NCBI GenBank assembly: GCA_051546255.1
Contig: CP128815.1
Span: 372,001 to 436,000, forward strand
Source: Meyerozyma guilliermondii
Taxonomy: Eukaryota
Direction: 5' to 3'
DNA: 64,000 bases
How positions within the stretch are numbered: the stretch's first letter is position 1; the number at the start of each line of letters is the position of its first letter. This document shows, one piece after another, positions 11,434 through 22,126 of the stretch. A program made the position numbers and the translations under genes. Under the pieces are notes generated by a model. It had not been told where the DNA came from. It did not search any database and was given only the letters and a program-made list of their open reading frames with translations.

Positions 11434-13083
11434 ATGTTTGGACTAGGTGAAGACACCAAGCTTATAGAAGAGGTACCAGGTACCATCAACTTGGTTGATA
11501 TGCAAGGTGTGCTTGAAGTCAAGGGTACCAATGGTAAAATCATTTTGCACCCTCAACCAAGCTCCGACTTAAATGACCCACTTCGCTGGCTGCCTATCAA
11601 AAAGGAGTATCAAGTATGTTTATTATCCTTTTGGGGCTTTATGCAATCGGTATCAACCGTCTGGAGTGGACCGATATGGTCGCTATGGGTTGAAGAATTT
11701 GGTATCACATACAGCCAGCTCAACACTCTGAGTGGTTTATGTTTTATTTTTATTGCAGTGGGATGCGTGGTTCTCCAGCCATGTGCCTTGAAACTTGGAA
11801 AGCGTTTCGTATATTTGATGTGCACTTTATTGCAAATAGTGGGAAACGTTGTCTACGCAAATACCGCGGGAGTAAGCCAGTTGTACGCGGCGGCGTCGAT
11901 AGTTGGATTTGCGTCCGCTCCGATGTTTTCGTTGATCGAAATTTCATGCACAGACATTTTTTTTCAACACCAACGGGCGTTCAAGATTTCCTATGTCGTC
12001 TTTTCTCTTTATGGTGGAGTTGCTCTTGGCCCATTGGCAACTGGGTACGTGACCGATGGCGTTGGGTGGAAATGGTGTCCATACATCATGATCATTATCT
12101 TCAGCATAATGTTTATTGTCCAGCTCTTTACGTTGGAAGATTCAACATACAGAAGATTGGAGACACCAGAAGATCTTCAAAGTAACATTTTGGAGCAAAT
12201 TAGAAGTCACATGAGCCAAAAGATTGAAGCTTTAAAGGTTGGCTCTCCAAAGATCGATAAGTCCGAGGTGATAATCAATGTCGATGATGATGATTCCCTT
12301 GACTCTACAATACCGAAACTTTCGTACTGGCGCCGCATGAGAATCTTCTCGACTGAGCATGCAGATCCACGAAAGCTACGATGGATTGTGTTCAAGCCTT
12401 TCTTGTTGTGCTCTTTTCCGATTGTTGTGTGGTGTGGAGTTTTACAAGCAGTTCAACAGATGTGGCTTGCGTTGCTTCTGAGTACACAATCAGAGTTTTA
12501 CTCAAGTAAACCTTACAATTTTTCCACCTCCAAGGTAGGCTTAACAAATTTGTCCACTTTAGTCGGAATTATTTTGGGAATTTTCTATGGTGGTTGGTGT
12601 GTTGATAAGATGACCATATACCTAGCAAGGAAGAACAAGGGTATCATGGAGCCTGAGTTTCGCTTATGGAGTATGCTTGTGCCAGTTGCTGTGAATCTTG
12701 CTGGTTTACTCGCTTATGGTTTGGGAATTCTGAACCAGCTCAGTTGGGCTCTACCAGTTATATTTGGACAAGGATGTCTCGGGTTCTCAATGGCATCTAT
12801 CACGGGTATTGCGTACACGTATTGCACAGATAGTTACCCCAATCTCGTCAACGAAGGAATCGTGTTCATATCATTTGTCAACAATGGTTTGGCGACAATC
12901 TTTACCTTTTTCATCAGCAATTGGATGGAACGAGACGGTTTAGTTTTAATGGCCTGGATGATGTTTTTGATCGCTCTTGGAGTTACTGGGAGCTTTCTAA
13001 TCTTCATTTTGTTGGGCAAAACGTTTAGAAGAAAAGGCAAGAACCTTTATTATAAGATAAGTGAGTTGGGTGAGACCCACTAA
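11434..13083 (+). CDS. Major facilitator superfamily transporter, HOL1-like
   Basis: VPGT...LHPQPSSD.NDPL.W N-terminus, about 12 hydrophobic segments, G.MEPEFRL motif. Confidence 0.85.
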   Translation: MFGLGEDTKLIEEVPGTINLVDMQGVLEVKGTNGKIILHPQPSSDLNDPLRWLPIKKEYQVCLLSFWGFMQSVSTVWSGPIWSLWVEEFGITYSQLNTLSGLCFIFIAVGCVVLQPCALKLGKRFVYLMCTLLQIVGNVVYANTAGVSQLYAAASIVGFASAPMFSLIEISCTDIFFQHQRAFKISYVVFSLYGGVALGPLATGYVTDGVGWKWCPYIMIIIFSIMFIVQLFTLEDSTYRRLETPEDLQSNILEQIRSHMSQKIEALKVGSPKIDKSEVIINVDDDDSLDSTIPKLSYWRRMRIFSTEHADPRKLRWIVFKPFLLCSFPIVVWCGVLQAVQQMWLALLLSTQSEFYSSKPYNFSTSKVGLTNLSTLVGIILGIFYGGWCVDKMTIYLARKNKGIMEPEFRLWSMLVPVAVNLAGLLAYGLGILNQLSWALPVIFGQGCLGFSMASITGIAYTYCTDSYPNLVNEGIVFISFVNNGLATIFTFFISNWMERDGLVLMAWMMFLIALGVTGSFLIFILLGKTFRRKGKNLYYKISELGETH

Positions 13084-13569
13084 CAGCTCCAATACAAGTC
13101 CAACACGTTTGTACAAAAAATCCAAGAAAGAGAGATAGCCTCCATTCACCGTTTCTTTTGGAGGAAGTCATTGTATTCTTAGTAGCATGTCATTAGTGGA
13201 AAAAGATGGGTCGCACTAATAAAGACCCAAATTGATATGTGAGGAATGATATGAGTATTGTCCTTTAGTTTGAGAGAGAATGTCTCCCTGTAACAATATA
13301 GGGATAGGACGTGGAAATTGTATCTCTAATTGTAATGTGGCAAGTGTCCAATAGAGACTGATTCGCAGCCCGGTCAAAATGCTCTGCTGCAAGGTATCAT
13401 AGACAGAACACTATCAGCGATTGAACCTTGAAGAACTACTCAGCTCTATCTCGTTGCATCATAAGCTTTACACCTCCTTAAGCATAATGCTATGAAATTA
13501 AATCAAGGCGCCTTATCGGAACCTAGTCTCTTCGCGTGTGGCTTTATCTCTATACAGTACCGTACTGTA

Positions 13570-13896
13570 CAGTATTTTCCACAAAAAATACGCATCCGGA
13601 AGCTTTTAAATTCGCGGGCCGAAGCTTCAAAGTCGCAGAGTCGCCGTTGTAAATTCGTCGTTCTCATCTCATAAAGTCGCTCGCAAGGATTTCAAGTTCG
13701 CCATCAATACGATCATTAAAGTCACCTCAACTTGAATTAAATTCGCTACCAACCAGTGAACAATTACGCTCAACATAGAATTCAAATTCGCTCTCTGAAT
13801 TCTGAAATTCGTTCACGACAAGAGCCAAATTCGTTGTTTGTTTGCAGTACATACGAAATGATTATGAAGTTCTACGAATCTTGCTAAAAAGTACTG
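13570..13896 (+). mobile_element. 327-bp MITE-like element (Tc1/mariner/pogo-type ends), copy 1
   Basis: TA|CAGTATTTTCC...AAAAAGTACTG|TA; imperfect TIRs starting CAGTA; near-identical inverted copy at 18044-18370; no transposase coding capacity. Confidence 0.8.
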
Positions 13897-14582
13897 TATA
13901 GTGTAGAGATTTAAAAATAGTTGTGCAGTCCTCTGTGTGCAGTACACTGGCCCTGTTATGGTTTCGGTAATTTTCAAAGCCAATTTCTAATTCATAGTAC
14001 ATACACTAAACTAACGATTCAGCCTCTGATAACTTCTCTGAGGCGAGAACAAGCACAATTTTACCAAAATTTTGGAGGTTTTCCATTCAAAATGAGAATT
14101 TTGATCAACCATAAAACCACTTTAGTCGCAAGAAATCCACAATAGAATCTCACTGGTGGAAAGACAAAGTGAGACAAAGACGTGGAGTTTAATGGAGTAA
14201 CCTTGGAAAGTCAATTATGGTGAACCAAGAATTTGCAGCCAAAAATTGGGCTTCAAGAAAAACTCCAGGTAATGCTAAACTAGCAGGAAGAGATTCATCA
14301 GTCGTTCTATATCTCTTCATTGAGCTAATTCTAGAATCTTAGTCGGAGTTTATACATTGATCTTTGTACAGGAGTCTTCTGAGTCATTTTGGCTTCATCA
14401 GAAAGCTAAGAATGGTGCACTTTAGTTAGACACATTATATAGATAATAGCATTAATTTCTATTTCATTGTTACCATTACTTGTCGCATGTGATGAATAAT
14501 GCCAATAAGTACTTTTTCTAACTTCTTTGTAAAGTGTATACTACCCCTTTCTATTCTACGTCATAAATCTTGCAGTATTAAA

Positions 14583-14617
14583 CGCCGTTATATTTTCGCC
14601 GTTATTAACGCCGTTAT
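14583..14617 (+). promoter_or_regulatory. Triple CGCCGTTAT direct repeat upstream of the OYE gene
   Basis: Copies at 14583, 14597, 14609; a partial GCCGTTAT at 14799. Confidence 0.45.
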
Positions 14618-14950
14618 AGGGCCTACGGCGCTTACCTGCACAGAGTAATTTTGACAGCTCCGACTCCGAAACTAAACGGTCGAAAAATCCAAATTTTCAT
14701 TCTGCTAATTAATCTGACTACTTCGACTCTCTTCCGTCATTCTCTAATCAATTTTGTACCGTTCTTTTCTTTCTTCGCTAACTCCGTTGCAGCTTTGTGC
14801 CGTTATCTTAACCGACATTACCTCATCGCGCGTCGGCTTATAAATGTCAATGTGAGCCGCCGCAACCGTCGCACCATTTAAGGGCGCGACTACAACGGTA
14901 TATCCACCAAGGTATTTTATTTTGTACCCATCCCATTATGTAACGCCCTC

Positions 14951-16171
14951 ATGCTGGCAATCAAAGTTAGACCCCTCGGGGACACAAAGGTGTTTGAGCC
15001 TATACAGGTGGGAAAGAATACTCTTTCCAATAGACTTTTCATGTGCCCAACTACAAGACTCAAGGCTTTAGAAGACGGTACTCCATCGAATTTGGCATTG
15101 CAACTTTATGACGAAAGAAGCAAATTTCCCGGCTCGCTCGTGACAACTGAAGGAACTTTCACTTATGATGAGGGTCAAGTATGGGAAAGAACTCCAGGAA
15201 TTTATACTGAAAGACATATTGAAGCATGGAAAAAAATTGTCGATAAAGTTCATCAGAACAAATCTTTCATTTCACTCCAGTTGTTCAATTCGGGCCGTGT
15301 AGCCGACCCAACCATTGCAGACAACAAGAATCATCCATTTGTTGCTCCATCGGCTATTTACCATGATGAGGAAACGAAAAAAGCTGCCATTGCTGCTGGC
15401 AATCCTTTGCGAGAAATGACCTTGGATGAAATCCACGATATTATTAACAACAAGTACCCCAAAGCTGCCCATAATGCTCTCAGAGCCGGGTTCGACTATG
15501 TCGAAGTCCATGCTGCAAACGGCTACCTTCCCAACCAATTTATTGACGTTGCCAGTAATCAGCGCACTGACCAATACGGTGGTTCCATTGAAAATAGAGC
15601 CAGATTTGTGTTGGAAATCATTGACAAATTGACCGCTGAGATTGGTGCCGACAAGATTGGACTTAGAATTTCTCCATGGTTGACATTCCAGGGCATGCTG
15701 ACCAAAGGTGCAGAGATCGACCCATTGACCACTTACAGTTACATTTTACACGAATTGGAAAAGAGAGCTCAGAAGGGAAACAGAATAGCCTATGTGTCCA
15801 TTATCGAGCCTAGAGTCGATGGAAACTCTACCGTCAAGAAAGAAAACCAAGTTGGTGATAACTCGTTTGTCTACGATATTTGGAAAGGAACAGTTTTGAG
15901 AGCGGGTGGATACACTTATGATGCCCCAGAATTCAAACGAGTTGAAACCGATCTTGCTAACGATAGAACAGTCATTGGTTTCTGTCGTTACTATATCTCC
16001 AATCCTGATTTGGTTGAAAGGCTTAAAAATGGCTGGGATCTCCAACCATACGACCGGCCCTCTTTTTATAGAAGCAACGATTACCGCTACAATACGTACT
16101 CGTTCCATGGAGAGCCCCCTAGAGATGAAGAAGCCGGTAAGAATAGAAAGCCTGAGCCAATTGCTGCTTAA
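14951..16171 (+). CDS. Old Yellow Enzyme NADPH dehydrogenase (EBP1/OYE2-like)
   Basis: PTTR, GFDYVEVHAANGYL (His/Asn/Tyr active site), NQRTDQYGGSIENRARF, ISNPDLVERL motifs. Confidence 0.95.
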   Translation: MLAIKVRPLGDTKVFEPIQVGKNTLSNRLFMCPTTRLKALEDGTPSNLALQLYDERSKFPGSLVTTEGTFTYDEGQVWERTPGIYTERHIEAWKKIVDKVHQNKSFISLQLFNSGRVADPTIADNKNHPFVAPSAIYHDEETKKAAIAAGNPLREMTLDEIHDIINNKYPKAAHNALRAGFDYVEVHAANGYLPNQFIDVASNQRTDQYGGSIENRARFVLEIIDKLTAEIGADKIGLRISPWLTFQGMLTKGAEIDPLTTYSYILHELEKRAQKGNRIAYVSIIEPRVDGNSTVKKENQVGDNSFVYDIWKGTVLRAGGYTYDAPEFKRVETDLANDRTVIGFCRYYISNPDLVERLKNGWDLQPYDRPSFYRSNDYRYNTYSFHGEPPRDEEAGKNRKPEPIAA

Positions 16172-16651
16172 TAGAGATAGATATGATAAATAAATAAGTG
16201 AAGGTACTGATGGTTTAATGTTAGATGGAATAACTTTTTCGTATTTTGAAAAACTAACTTTAGATATTAGATCAGGCAACTATCAACCAAATAGTAATGT
16301 GTGTACGGCTATAAGTCTCTATACGGATGTAGTGAAAGAGTAGATATTTCTTGACTTGGTCAATGGCTGCGAAATATTTAGGAGATGTTGCAACCACTTT
16401 AAAATCTTCTTATCTTGAGAATCTAAACCATGGAGTACTTCTCACAAATGACTTTTGAAATTGGTCTTTTATGAAACTATATAGTGATACGATCCAATAT
16501 AGGCATACTTTCGTTAGTTCCTACTCGCGTACAGAGCTAATTATCGAACTAATTCGTTTACTACTCTGGATTCAATTAAAAATATTCATTAATTTCTTAG
16601 TTACTGGTCCACTTGATTTCTAAATTGTTTTGAAATATTTACAATTTTGTC

Positions 16652-16873
16652 TCAATCTTTTGGTTTACTGTCTTCATCTTTATACTCATTCGGATCATAT
16701 CCATAATATTTCATTATAACGTCAAAGGATTCACCTTGCTTCCCGCAAAATGTTCGATATGTTTCATCATCTACGGCCAACTTTACCGAGTATGCATATA
16801 CACACCCCAATATACCATGAAACGGTGTCATTAGCAAGTAAGGTACAATCGATATAAGGTCCCAGTTTGTCAT
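16652..16873 (-). CDS. 73-aa putative membrane microprotein (paralog of 17216-17410)
   Basis: ATG at 16873 (MTNWDL...); hydrophobic N-half; ungapped similarity to neighbouring small ORF. Confidence 0.6.
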   Translation of the reverse strand: MTNWDLISIVPYLLMTPFHGILGCVYAYSVKLAVDDETYRTFCGKQGESFDVIMKYYGYDPNEYKDEDSKPKD

Positions 16874-17215
16874 TGATGAGAATTTACCGATGCTTTGCTG
16901 AGGAAATACAAAAAGAAAATACTGAAGGAATAATTTGCGGGAATTAACGTGATTATCTGTCAAAAAATCACATACAGGCTCGACTATTAATAGAATTTTG
17001 CCACTGTGCTAGATGAAATCGGCTCAATTGTATTAGGGTATAGCGTATTATTCTACATTTGTATCAATATTCCACAACTTGATGAGTATTCTTTCATGAA
17101 TGCTATTGCGTTTTCACTAAAGTGTATAATAGATTAAGCGAATTGTCAAAATTTACAGCACCGTTCTTGCAGAGCTACGCAAGTTCTTCTTTCACACGAA
17201 GCTTCTTATTATCAT

Positions 17216-17410
17216 TTACTGCTTACCTCCATCACCCTTATCGCCCAAAAAGTATCTCATAAGTACTCTTAAAGATTCATTTCGTATCTCGCAATGTTTT
17301 TGATAAGTTTCTTGGTCTACGCCCAACCTTATTGTGAAGCCGTATATAAACGAACTAACAAGGTAAGGGGGAGTCAATACTACCAAAGGGATGATAGTTA
17401 GGAAATTCAT
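17216..17410 (-). CDS. 64-aa putative membrane microprotein (paralog of 16652-16873)
   Basis: ATG at 17410 (MNFLTIIP...); shares I.P....TP, Y.....L.VD.ETY...C....ES..V.M.Y pattern with neighbour. Confidence 0.6.
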   Translation of the reverse strand: MNFLTIIPLVVLTPPYLVSSFIYGFTIRLGVDQETYQKHCEIRNESLRVLMRYFLGDKGDGGKQ

Positions 17411-18043
17411 GGCTTCATGCACTAAAATTTCTGCTCGTAAGGTAAATGCGTACTATTTATGCAGTGACTTTGAAATCGGTATGCATAATGCGTCTGCATC
17501 TAAATTTAACCACCCATTGTGCAGACGCTAAAAGTCAAAGTGTGTATTTAGGCCGCAAAAGTTATTGGTGAATTTAATATACGATCAGACGACTGTAAGG
17601 CGATAGTTATCTAATTATAGGTCTAAAATTTTCTATTCGATAGTTATTTAATTACTCATTCAGGTGCCACATGATATGCATGAATTCTCTCCTGTCAAAG
17701 TGCCGTCACGCCGCACTTGATGCATGAAGAATGCATGCTTGCATTACGCATAATGGAAAAGTATTACCATTTGATCGTACGACCCGACTAGAGCGCTATT
17801 TTTGTAACCTTAGTGGGCATAAATTCAACGTATTAAGATATCCCGTCGAATTCCAGAACGACATATGAAATGGTGCTTCGTATCAGAAGACAGTGAACAC
17901 GTGATCCCGGCTTGTGTCTATAAAAGTCTTTAATTACTATAATAAAGTGCGCAGTACGAACCTCTTTTTTTCAGTTGTGTGAACCTGCGAAACTGTTTTT
18001 AATTGTATTTTCACACCGGCAGACTCAACCAGAAGTCAGCATA

Positions 18044-18370
18044 CTGTACTTTTTAGCAAGATTCGTAGAACTTCATAATCATTTCGTATGTACTGCAAAC
18101 AAACAACGAATTTGGCTCTTGTCGTGAACGAATTTCAGAATTCAGAGAGCGAATTTGAATTCTATGTTGAGCGTAATTGTTCACTGGTTGGTAGCGAATT
18201 TAATTCAAGTTGAGGTGACTTTAATGATCGTATTGATGGCGAACTTGAAATCCTTGCGAGCGACTTTATGAGATGAGAACGACGAATTTACAACGGCGAC
18301 TCTGCGACTTTGAAGCTTCGGCCCGCGAATTTAAAAGCTTCCGGATGCGGATTTTTTGTGGAAAATACTG
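18044..18370 (-). mobile_element. 327-bp MITE-like element, copy 2 (inverted relative to copy 1)
   Basis: Reverse complement of 13570-13896 with two mismatches found by eye; TA at 18042-18043 and 18371-18372. Confidence 0.8.
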
Positions 18371-18833
18371 TATTTAGGTCGTTTAACGACTTAGGACTAT
18401 ATTTACGATACAACTTACACCGTACAGCAGCTTGTAGTCCTGCATGCATTTGGCTGCTATAAACATTTTTCTAGGAATGCATAGTCGTGAGTGCAATGAA
18501 AAGCTGAAAGTGTCGTTAGCGCCTTATCTAGAATGCGCTAAGTAGCTCAAGTTCGAGGAGAGAAGTCGAAAATGCACCAGGCGACATAGCATAAAGTCCT
18601 AAAGTCCACGTGGGTCGGCCGCGTGATTATGTAATCATAGTTCTAATTGCGAAAGCCATCACCCACGTTCGCTGTGTCTTACATTCTTATCTTAATATTT
18701 GCAACGAACGCAAAACATGGAAGGTACAGATATTATTGTTTCTAAGATCTAAAACTGGAAATATATTTTATTGTGAAACATCTCTCAAGAGAAGGGCCAG
18801 AAGACTGTCTGTGCTAAGCGGACAAATATTTCA

Positions 18834-20162
18834 ATGAGCATATTAGAAACTGTGTCTCCATTCATGTCTCCTCATGATCGTAGCGTTCAGCTAAGTGGCC
18901 CAGGTGGCCCACAGATACATCTGAAGGTGGATCATAAGGGACCACATTTTGAGAGATCAAGTGATGAGTACAAGAAAGCCGATGTAAATCGATCGTATAA
19001 GAAGTTTGAAAGGCAACAAGCCTATACCGACCTCACTATTGACCCATTCATTTCCCGATATATCAGGTCTCCCCATCTAAACACACCATTCAATTATCAC
19101 AACGTTTTCTTCGAATCGGTCAAGGATGATCTAAACAGTCAGCTGTTTGATTTATACCAAAAATACCTCATTCAAAAGGATAATTACCATATCACCAAAC
19201 CAGCAAAAACATCGACCCACGATGAAATCAACCTTTCGCATGAACTCAATTTCACCAGGAAGAGGATCGATAGCGAAACGGATTCAACTACACCTCAGCG
19301 TACATCATTAGACCACCCTATAACTTCAAAGCTGGAAATCACATATCTCCCAAGAAATTTCATGGATTGCGATATAAATAACTTGATAGACCTAATTTCC
19401 AGGTTGTTGCGGTCGCTTATTGCGTTGAATGATAAGAATGTCCACCCGTCGATCTCAAATCCTCAGAAGGGTTCTAAAGCCACAAATCAAATACTCACCA
19501 GATATCACTCGCGAACGCCTCCTGCCATCTCAGCCCATACTTACTTGTCTCGTCTCACACGCTTTAATAATTTGAACCCCGGGACGTTATTGACAACAAT
19601 ATACTATATAGATTTGTTGTCTCATCATTATCAGCCGTACTTCACATTGAACTCGTGGACTGTGCATAGATTTTTGCTAGTTGCTACGATGCTATCGCAA
19701 AAGCTGCTTGAAGATTTTTTCTACACAAACGAGCATTATGCCAAAGTGGGCGGTGTGGCTGTCAGCGAATTGAACTGCTTGGAGCTAGACTTTCTTGAAA
19801 GAGTCGATTGGCGCTGCGTGCCAGGGAAGGTTGGCGAGAACAATTTGTTCTCCATAAAATACGCCAAAACTACCCTCGACTTGTATTATGCTCAGTTGGT
19901 CTCGCTCATGGGACAACCATCCAACGGTTCATCAGTTACGACATACAAGATCAAGCATTCTGATGAAGATGGAGTACTGGAAGATGAAAGCAATGATGAC
20001 ATATTTGACGACGAAGAAGAAGACGAAGATGCGATGGAAGATGAGGTATTTGAAACTGCTGGACAAGGAACTAGAGCGATGTATGACCATTTGGGCTATA
20101 GTGTGGATGGATCTTCATCGCCTCATTTGAAGCGTCGTTATTCTAAAAATTTTGCTTCATAG
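18834..20162 (+). CDS. PHO80: Pho85 cyclin Pho80
   Basis: LP..F..C....L..LISR.L, LTRYHS..PP.IS, YYIDLL, FTLNS.T.HRFLL, N.HYAKVGG cyclin box most like Pho80. Confidence 0.85.
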   Translation: MSILETVSPFMSPHDRSVQLSGPGGPQIHLKVDHKGPHFERSSDEYKKADVNRSYKKFERQQAYTDLTIDPFISRYIRSPHLNTPFNYHNVFFESVKDDLNSQLFDLYQKYLIQKDNYHITKPAKTSTHDEINLSHELNFTRKRIDSETDSTTPQRTSLDHPITSKLEITYLPRNFMDCDINNLIDLISRLLRSLIALNDKNVHPSISNPQKGSKATNQILTRYHSRTPPAISAHTYLSRLTRFNNLNPGTLLTTIYYIDLLSHHYQPYFTLNSWTVHRFLLVATMLSQKLLEDFFYTNEHYAKVGGVAVSELNCLELDFLERVDWRCVPGKVGENNLFSIKYAKTTLDLYYAQLVSLMGQPSNGSSVTTYKIKHSDEDGVLEDESNDDIFDDEEEDEDAMEDEVFETAGQGTRAMYDHLGYSVDGSSSPHLKRRYSKNFAS

Positions 20163-20331
20163 GCAGGCAAGTCGCTCTTACATACACGAATTTTTCAATA
20201 AAGCAATACGTTGTTATATAACTACAACCTGTAAAAAAATCAATCTAGCGTAAGAAGTGAATCGTTCAATCATAATCGTGATTGCAGTGCACAATCGATA
20301 GAACAAAAACTTCACCATTGGTTATGTACCA

Positions 20332-21936
20332 TCATTGCGGCTTGAGCAATTCAAAGGAACAGCACAAACTCTTATCAACACTCATAACTGCTCCATAATT
20401 GTTGAACTCCCCACAATAATTAGGAGCCAGAAACACAGTAACCAACTTTCTCTTGTTGAAAAACTCGTACCCGTCTTCAACGACCATGTGACCCCTCACT
20501 ATCAAATCTATATTGAATTTCGAGCACCAGTAGTCAACATGTTTGCGGCCAAAACAATAGGATACTCCTCTATCATTCTTGGGCCAATTCTTCATTGAAA
20601 ATTGTTTAATCAGTGGATCTGGATCAGACCACAAAAGATCAGCCAAAAGTCCCTTATCAGGAATGTCAGTGGGCCGTTTTAACTCTTCAATTTGATTCAA
20701 GTCATGCAAATCTGGTGACAATCCCCCATGAATGCAGAAGATCTTGTCATTAATTGTGGCAGCTATGGGAAGTGTGTTGAAGACATCAATGAAGCTCTTC
20801 CAAACTTTATGCCCCCCAGTGAAACTGGACAACCGTCTCTTACATTCGTCATAAAAACCATATATCTTAGTGATATTGGCAGACTCATGATTTCCTCTGA
20901 GCATGAAAAAGTTTTCAGGGTATTTTATCTTGAAGCACAACAATAGTAAAATCGTCTCTAGAGACTGACACCCACGGTCAACGTAGTCTCCCAAAAATAG
21001 GTAGTTCGTATGCGGAGGGTAACCACAGCTGTTAAATATGCGGATTAAATCACTGAACTGTCCATGTATGTCCCCTACAATTTTCACCGGAGGTGAAAGC
21101 CTGAGAAGAGTGGGTTGCTCGAGAAATATGGACCGGGACTTTTGAAGAATATACTTGATCTGCTGATTGGATATTGGCAACGGTTCCTTTGCGCGACGGC
21201 CCTGATATTTTGACAGACCCATTTGAATCAAACTTTCGATAATGGGGTCCAAATTAAAAGGGTCCTTCTTTACACCCGGGCGTCCAAGCGATGACAAATT
21301 GGGCGATCCGTGTTTGATATCAGGTCTAGGTTCCTCAATACTTTCGACCCCAGATATGGACTGAGGAATCTCCCCCAAGGATTCGTGGATAGGGTCCAAG
21401 CTTTCCTGTTCGGAAAAAAACCGCGCTTTTGAAATGAAGTTCTTCCCCGGGGAAGATCCTAAGGACAGTAACAGATCGTCTTCCTTCTCTTCGCACATAT
21501 TTGTGAATACTGGAGATGAAGCAAAAGAGTCAGTTTTGGAGCTCTCAGACGTTGACTCGTAAATATCGTTGAAAGGATGTGAATGAGCCTCAGTGTTGGG
21601 AGAAGCGGACAGGCTCAAAAGCTGTGCGAGCTCAACTCCCATTTCTACATCAAACCCATCACCTTGATGTACTGAAGAATTACTGCTTCGGGACCGAGAA
21701 CGTTGGACATTATTGCGGTGAAATTTATTGTTCGATTTCGAAAACTTTGTTTCGATTTCAATAGCTGAAGAAGACTTCTGTGAGCCTCTCTCAGGTAAGG
21801 AACTTTTGTTCCTTTGACGCGATAGCGCTGGTGAGTCGTCTGATTCTAGGTCGCCTCCTGAGGAGACGCCAGACGACGAATTTTCATTGGTTGAGTTTCT
21901 CGGCAGGGGGTCATCTTTAGACGGGCTATTTCCCAT
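20332..21936 (-). CDS. PPQ1: PP1-like Ser/Thr protein phosphatase Ppq1 (Sal6)
   Basis: [32 protein letters not shown](CTG=S)APNYCGEF; Ser-rich N-extension; first ATG (MGNSPSK) at 21936. Confidence 0.85.
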   Translation of the reverse strand: MGNSPSKDDPLPRNSTNENSSSGVSSGGDLESDDSPALSRQRNKSSLPERGSQKSSSAIEIETKFSKSNNKFHRNNVQRSRSRSSNSSVHQGDGFDVEMGVELAQLLSLSASPNTEAHSHPFNDIYESTSESSKTDSFASSPVFTNMCEEKEDDLLLSLGSSPGKNFISKARFFSEQESLDPIHESLGEIPQSISGVESIEEPRPDIKHGSPNLSSLGRPGVKKDPFNLDPIIESLIQMGLSKYQGRRAKEPLPISNQQIKYILQKSRSIFLEQPTLLRLSPPVKIVGDIHGQFSDLIRIFNSCGYPPHTNYLFLGDYVDRGCQSLETILLLLCFKIKYPENFFMLRGNHESANITKIYGFYDECKRRLSSFTGGHKVWKSFIDVFNTLPIAATINDKIFCIHGGLSPDLHDLNQIEELKRPTDIPDKGLLADLLWSDPDPLIKQFSMKNWPKNDRGVSYCFGRKHVDYWCSKFNIDLIVRGHMVVEDGYEFFNKRKLVTVFLAPNYCGEFNNYGAVMSVDKSLCCSFELLKPQ

Positions 21937-22126
21937 ATTTCGATAGTATAAGACCACTGAACAATACTCGGAAGTAAATGACGAATATCTGTTGGAAAAT
22001 TTAGCGCTAGTCTTTGAATTATTAATTCGCTAATTCGGCTCCGAAAAGCAAAGAGGTAATCGCGCGACCTTTGGCACGTGAAAAATCGGTGTGCGGGTGG
22101 AAACTCTTTGAGAGAGGATACCTTCA

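Noticed and set aside
13608..13834. CRISPR-like repeat-spacer array
   Set aside because: Cores are only ~8 bp and degenerate with ~14-bp spacers, the host is a yeast, there are no cas genes, and the array lies inside a TA-flanked MITE-like element.
18535..18590. tRNA-like fragment (TAGCTCAAGTT)
   Set aside because: No cloverleaf pairing or properly spaced B box could be built.
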